Shown here: positions 60,438 to 64,000 of the stretch, piece after piece
Layout of the letters: each line of letters starts with the position of its first letter
Numbering within the stretch: position 1 is the first letter of the stretch
IMG/VR virus record: IMGVR_UViG_3300031339_000004
Location: 13,437 to 77,436 of that record
Length of the DNA: 64,000 nucleotides
Direction: 5' to 3' (one strand)
Origin: a virus
Notes under the pieces: model-generated
Seen by the model: the letters and a program-made list of their open reading frames with translations, nothing else
Told to the model about the DNA's origin: nothing
The model's database searches: none
Made by a program: the position numbers and the translations under genes

Positions 60438-61714
60438 ACGTATAGTCTAAACCTTGGGTTAGCTGCTAAAAAGTCTTGACCTCGAGTAGCGTCTAGGTTC
60501 TTGTTAAACGCAATGCAGTCTTGCCAGTGTGATTCGAACATACACTTTGCTTGTAAGAAGTTAATGTTGTCTTGAATCTGTTGCAGCGTTACTTTCTTTA
60601 GCAACTCACTTGATTGAATTTTAGGATAGGCCAACACTGCTGTTTTCATTATTTCTAGCTTGTTAACGACTTCCTGTTTTAATGCAGGCGGCAATACTTG
60701 CGCACTCAACGCCATTGGATAGGTTACCCGGTGGCTGTAAAAGATAATATCTAGTTCGTTTAAGAAATAGTCAATCACTTTGTCAATTTGCATGATGTTA
60801 TTTGCTTGTACAGTAAATGCCCCAACTATTCTACTCACTGTAGGGATAGATTGCATAATTCTGATATTGTCAACTACTTCGTTAAATTTGCCGTTGCCGC
60901 GTATGTATTCGTAAACATCATGTATACCGTCTATGCTCACGTTTACAGCTACACTTCTAAACTTAGGCCAGTACTCTTGTATAGTCCTGCCCTTGCCTAT
61001 GCCCAGCTTTGTGCCGTTTGTGGCGTACTTGATTTCAATGTTCTCACCGTATGGCGCTAGCATGTCAAGAATCTTGTAGTGATTAGGATCCATCAACGGT
61101 TCTCCACCAGCAAATTCTACTCGTCTGAAGAAAGGTAGCAGCTTTTCGAAGCTATCCCACCAGTTTGCTGTATTGTCAAACGGACCTATGTACTGGCCTG
61201 GCTTGTCTACTAGCTTTTCTACTGTGGGAATCAGATAGTTGTTTTCCTTTTTGTAAAACTCAGTGACCTGATCCCAGTCTTTCCAGCTAGTGCTGTCCAG
61301 TGGATTACACATTCTACACTTGAGATTGCATAAGTTGTTGATTTTTATTTCTATAGTAGGGAATTCAAAGGGCATAGTATAGTCGTCCTCCAAACTGTCC
61401 AGTGCGTTAGGGTATAAGTTGGCCCTTGCTTCGGGTATAACACCTGCTATGTGACGTTGTCGTAAGCTCTCGACGCCTTGATCTTCGAGATCAAAGCACG
61501 GCTTGCACACATCCGGTCGCTCGTTGTTTAATACTTGCTTACGAACCTCTCGCATCTTGTCGTTGTTCCACGCTTGCTCTAAGGTTTCTTCTTGTATCCA
61601 CCCAATAGGCTGAGAACGGCAGCACACTTTAATGGCGCCGTCTTCGCGGGTGGCTAATCCTGTAAAAGGATGCATGCAGAACGTACAGCTAGGGTGGGTA
61701 GATGGGTGCTTCAT
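60434..61714 (-). CDS. Radical SAM enzyme with N-terminal SPASM/Twitch-like domain
   Basis: CMHPF...KVCC...CKPC before CNLKCRMC; AGGEP; ATNG. Confidence 0.9.
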   Translation of the reverse strand: MKHPSTHPSCTFCMHPFTGLATREDGAIKVCCRSQPIGWIQEETLEQAWNNDKMREVRKQVLNNERPDVCKPCFDLEDQGVESLRQRHIAGVIPEARANLYPNALDSLEDDYTMPFEFPTIEIKINNLCNLKCRMCNPLDSTSWKDWDQVTEFYKKENNYLIPTVEKLVDKPGQYIGPFDNTANWWDSFEKLLPFFRRVEFAGGEPLMDPNHYKILDMLAPYGENIEIKYATNGTKLGIGKGRTIQEYWPKFRSVAVNVSIDGIHDVYEYIRGNGKFNEVVDNIRIMQSIPTVSRIVGAFTVQANNIMQIDKVIDYFLNELDIIFYSHRVTYPMALSAQVLPPALKQEVVNKLEIMKTAVLAYPKIQSSELLKKVTLQQIQDNINFLQAKCMFESHWQDCIAFNKNLDATRGQDFLAANPRFRLYV

Positions 61715-61719
61715 GGCAA

Positions 61720-61754
61720 TATTTACCTGATTAGCAAACTGCTAAATATATTTA
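61720..61754. promoter_or_regulatory. Divergent late promoter cores
   Basis: TAAATA (-, 61720-61725) is 5 nt from ATG 61714; TAAATA (+, 61743-61748) is 5 nt from ATG 61754; TAAATATATTTA palindrome at 61743-61754. Confidence 0.65.
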
Positions 61755-62428
61755 TGATAAAGAAAATAGGTACTGCTGTTTCGTTAGATACACTCAACCA
61801 GCTTGACGTATTTGACCAAATGCCAGGAAAAATAACAATTAATTGTCCTACTGGAGACTTCTTTTATGATCCTTGGGTTATAAAAACCGAGTATAAAGAC
61901 ACCGCGTTTGAAACTGCGCTACGTGCGCTGCCGGTTAACATTGGCGAAGCAAGGGTAATAGTTATGCAACGAGGAACATCGTATCAATGTCACGCTGATA
62001 TAGATGACAGGTATCACTTAACTGTAAAAAGTAGTTATTCTTACTTAGTGGATCTCGAGAATGATAAGATTTATCCAACAGTAGCAAACGGCGAATGGCA
62101 GTTAATGGATGCAGGCCGCGTCCATTCTGCTGTTGTGTTCGGAGAATTCAATAGAGTACAGTTAGTGGTTAGACAGCTCCTTGCCAAGTCTATCATTATA
62201 GATCCTGTGCAAATAGAAATAATTACACACGGGGATAAAGCGAGATATATATTCGACAATACAGTCAGTGGATGGCTAAATCAAGCAAACAAAACTAAGA
62301 TTATATCGAATTTTGAAGCTAGTAGTGACCGAGTGAAATTTATTGTTGAAAGTAAGTACGTTTGTGATTTGCGCAAGATTATTCCTTCGCAGTTTGAAAT
62401 TAAAATAGGAGATAAGATTGAGTATTGA
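61754..62428 (+). CDS. 2OG-Fe(II) oxygenase (Asp/Asn beta-hydroxylase-like)
   Basis: Start moved to ATG 61754; HAD...RYH...VHSA...R facial-triad pattern. Confidence 0.7.
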   Translation: MIKKIGTAVSLDTLNQLDVFDQMPGKITINCPTGDFFYDPWVIKTEYKDTAFETALRALPVNIGEARVIVMQRGTSYQCHADIDDRYHLTVKSSYSYLVDLENDKIYPTVANGEWQLMDAGRVHSAVVFGEFNRVQLVVRQLLAKSIIIDPVQIEIITHGDKARYIFDNTVSGWLNQANKTKIISNFEASSDRVKFIVESKYVCDLRKIIPSQFEIKIGDKIEY

Positions 62429-63134
62429 TGTGTCGTCGTGGAAGCCGGTTTATAAGTATAAGTCGTATAACATGGAACACACTGGAACTAACATGGTTTA
62501 TACTCCGCTAGTAAACAAAGAAAATAATGTTTTATGTATGTACTTTGATCACACCAATGCATACCAGACCACAGACTTAGTACAATGGTTACCTGAGCGA
62601 CCAGACTATACTAAAGAATTAGTCGATTACGTTTTTTATCGAGAAGTAAAATATCTAACACTATTTCAAGATAAGCCGTGGGCACCAAATATTGTTGAAA
62701 TAGATTATAACACTAAGCAGATATTTATTGAATGGGGCGGCGAGACACTTAACCACATCATTTACTCTGGAAGAAACATAGTTGATGTCCTACCAAACTG
62801 GGAAGAGCAGATGTTAGGAATTTTACAGGATATTATAGATTCAGGATATTATAAAGTTAGTTTATACCCGCATTGCTATTTTATAAGTAACGGTGTTCTT
62901 AAGACTTTTGACTTTTATGCAACTGCGGGCAAAGATTTTCCGTACATGTACCTTACCGATATTAAGGGGTTAATGGGTACAAACTCTGGACACCGGTTTG
63001 ACGAAGCAATTGTTGAAGACAAACTAGACTTAGAAAAGTTCTGTAAGCGTTCAATTTCTACACATATAGAATGGCCAAACAAAGTGCTGTCTAATATGTA
63101 TTATAAGATTTTTAAACCCACTTGGGATACTTAG
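62418..63134 (+). CDS. Protein kinase-like fold protein (divergent)
   Basis: REVKYL...WAP.I, LYPHCYFI..G.LKTFDF resemble degenerate kinase subdomains. Confidence 0.5.
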   Translation: MSIDVSSWKPVYKYKSYNMEHTGTNMVYTPLVNKENNVLCMYFDHTNAYQTTDLVQWLPERPDYTKELVDYVFYREVKYLTLFQDKPWAPNIVEIDYNTKQIFIEWGGETLNHIIYSGRNIVDVLPNWEEQMLGILQDIIDSGYYKVSLYPHCYFISNGVLKTFDFYATAGKDFPYMYLTDIKGLMGTNSGHRFDEAIVEDKLDLEKFCKRSISTHIEWPNKVLSNMYYKIFKPTWDT

Positions 63135-63669
63135 CTAGGTTCTCCTCAAACTCGTCTACATTAATTTGCCATACTGTTTGGTCAGTATGGCGATAGTGAA
63201 CGTTTTTTATCCTAGTTACTACTCCGATTTTTTCTAAAGTAGGAAAATAGATAGAATGTACTAGACGCTGACTCGCTGCGGCGTTGGCATTTGATGTTGC
63301 ATATAAGTTTTCTCGACCAGCCCATTCTATGCACTTAGGCAGAAGAAACTGGTCTGTGAGATTTTGATGCTCACCGCATAATCTCTTTGCGGTTGTTAGA
63401 CCTTTTGCTTTCCTTGCTTCGCCAAACGTGCATACTCTTGTTAATATACGATAACTGTCTTGTCCCATAACGTCGTCAAAGCTATGAGCAGCAACAGAAC
63501 CAATTGCTTTACTGTCTTTATACAAAATCCACGCATTCCACTTACGTTCGTTAGCAAAACAATCGATCATAACTTTTTGACTAGCGTTGTTTACAAATCC
63601 TCTAGCATTAGCTTCTTTATAAAACTTAGCCAGGTCGAGTTTAGAGGACCACTGAACTACTTCGTACAC
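63112..63669 (-). CDS. GNAT-like acetyltransferase (putative)
   Basis: WILYKDSKAIGSVAAH...YRILTR.C...LYATSN secondary-structure pattern. Confidence 0.4.
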   Translation of the reverse strand: MYEVVQWSSKLDLAKFYKEANARGFVNNASQKVMIDCFANERKWNAWILYKDSKAIGSVAAHSFDDVMGQDSYRILTRVCTFGEARKAKGLTTAKRLCGEHQNLTDQFLLPKCIEWAGRENLYATSNANAAASQRLVHSIYFPTLEKIGVVTRIKNVHYRHTDQTVWQINVDEFEENLAKYPKWV

Positions 63670-64000
63670 TGATATATCTCCTGGGCAGCATCAATAAATT
63701 CGTTGGAGTAGTTGCTACGAAAACTGTCAAACGCTAACTGCTGTATTTTAGTTAACGGTGTTTCTTCTTGCCAGTTTATGCCTAGTTTTTCTGAATATGC
63801 TATTAGGTCCTTTCTACGGTTGTGGCTAATGTGGCTAATGAAGTCTTTGATGCGTACAACCTTCTCAGACGCTGCGTACACAAAAAAATAGTTAATGCTT
63901 TTCAGTTGCCCGTCTACGATAAAATAACTGTTTGGATGCATCGAAAACTTGTAAAATCCTAGGTCCTTGTGTGCCTGTACAATCTCTAGCATTTGGGATT
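63657..64000 (-). CDS. Kinase-like protein, 3' part (paralogue of 62418-63134; starts beyond the right edge)
   Basis: QMLEI...GFYKFSMHPNSYFIVDGQLK aligns with QMLGI...GYYKVSLYPHCYFISNGVLK; frame is open to the window end. Confidence 0.6.
   Translation of the reverse strand, partial: SQMLEIVQAHKDLGFYKFSMHPNSYFIVDGQLKSINYFFVYAASEKVVRIKDFISHISHNRRKDLIAYSEKLGINWQEETPLTKIQQLAFDSFRSNYSNEFIDAAQEIYQCTK

Noticed and set aside
17884-63672. Numerous 60-155 aa ORFs antisense or out of frame within structural and enzyme genes
   Set aside because: Nested in well-supported genes, no recognisable motifs; treated as shadow ORFs.

Overview
A 64-kb segment of a large T4-related myovirus genome (dense coding; no tRNA, rRNA or CRISPR seen). 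In order: the 5' part of a gp20-like portal gene, a probable tape measure gene, a gp26-like hub/chaperone pair, a ~650-bp hairpin-rich non-coding region, a GIY-YIG nuclease, the T4-type gp55-gp47-gp46 block, a long baseplate/tail module (gp53-, gp27-, gp5-, gp25-, gp6-like genes, a 4699-aa giant structural protein, paralogous fibre genes), and a ~17-kb modification island (four GT-A glycosyltransferase-like genes, a UDP-sugar dehydrogenase, a methyltransferase, six radical SAM enzymes, a 2OG-Fe(II) oxygenase, two kinase-like genes, a GNAT). Main findings: (1) gp46 is fractured inside its Walker A motif by an atypically split intein (32-aa IntN, 124-aa IntC, +1 Thr) with a free-standing Vsr-like endonuclease between the halves. 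(2) A second endonuclease has inserted into the CxxxCxxC codons of a radical SAM gene and apparently repairs it by carrying a synonymously recoded duplicate of the gene's 5' end, with no intron or intein. (3) A candidate large structured ncRNA (or origin) at ~5770-6160. (4) A candidate -1 frameshift (T TTT TTC) fusing the gp26-like gene to the next ORF. (5) The radical SAM/glycosyltransferase island follows the fibre genes and is partly under late-type promoters, suggesting virion modification. All product calls are from motif recognition by eye; no database search was run.
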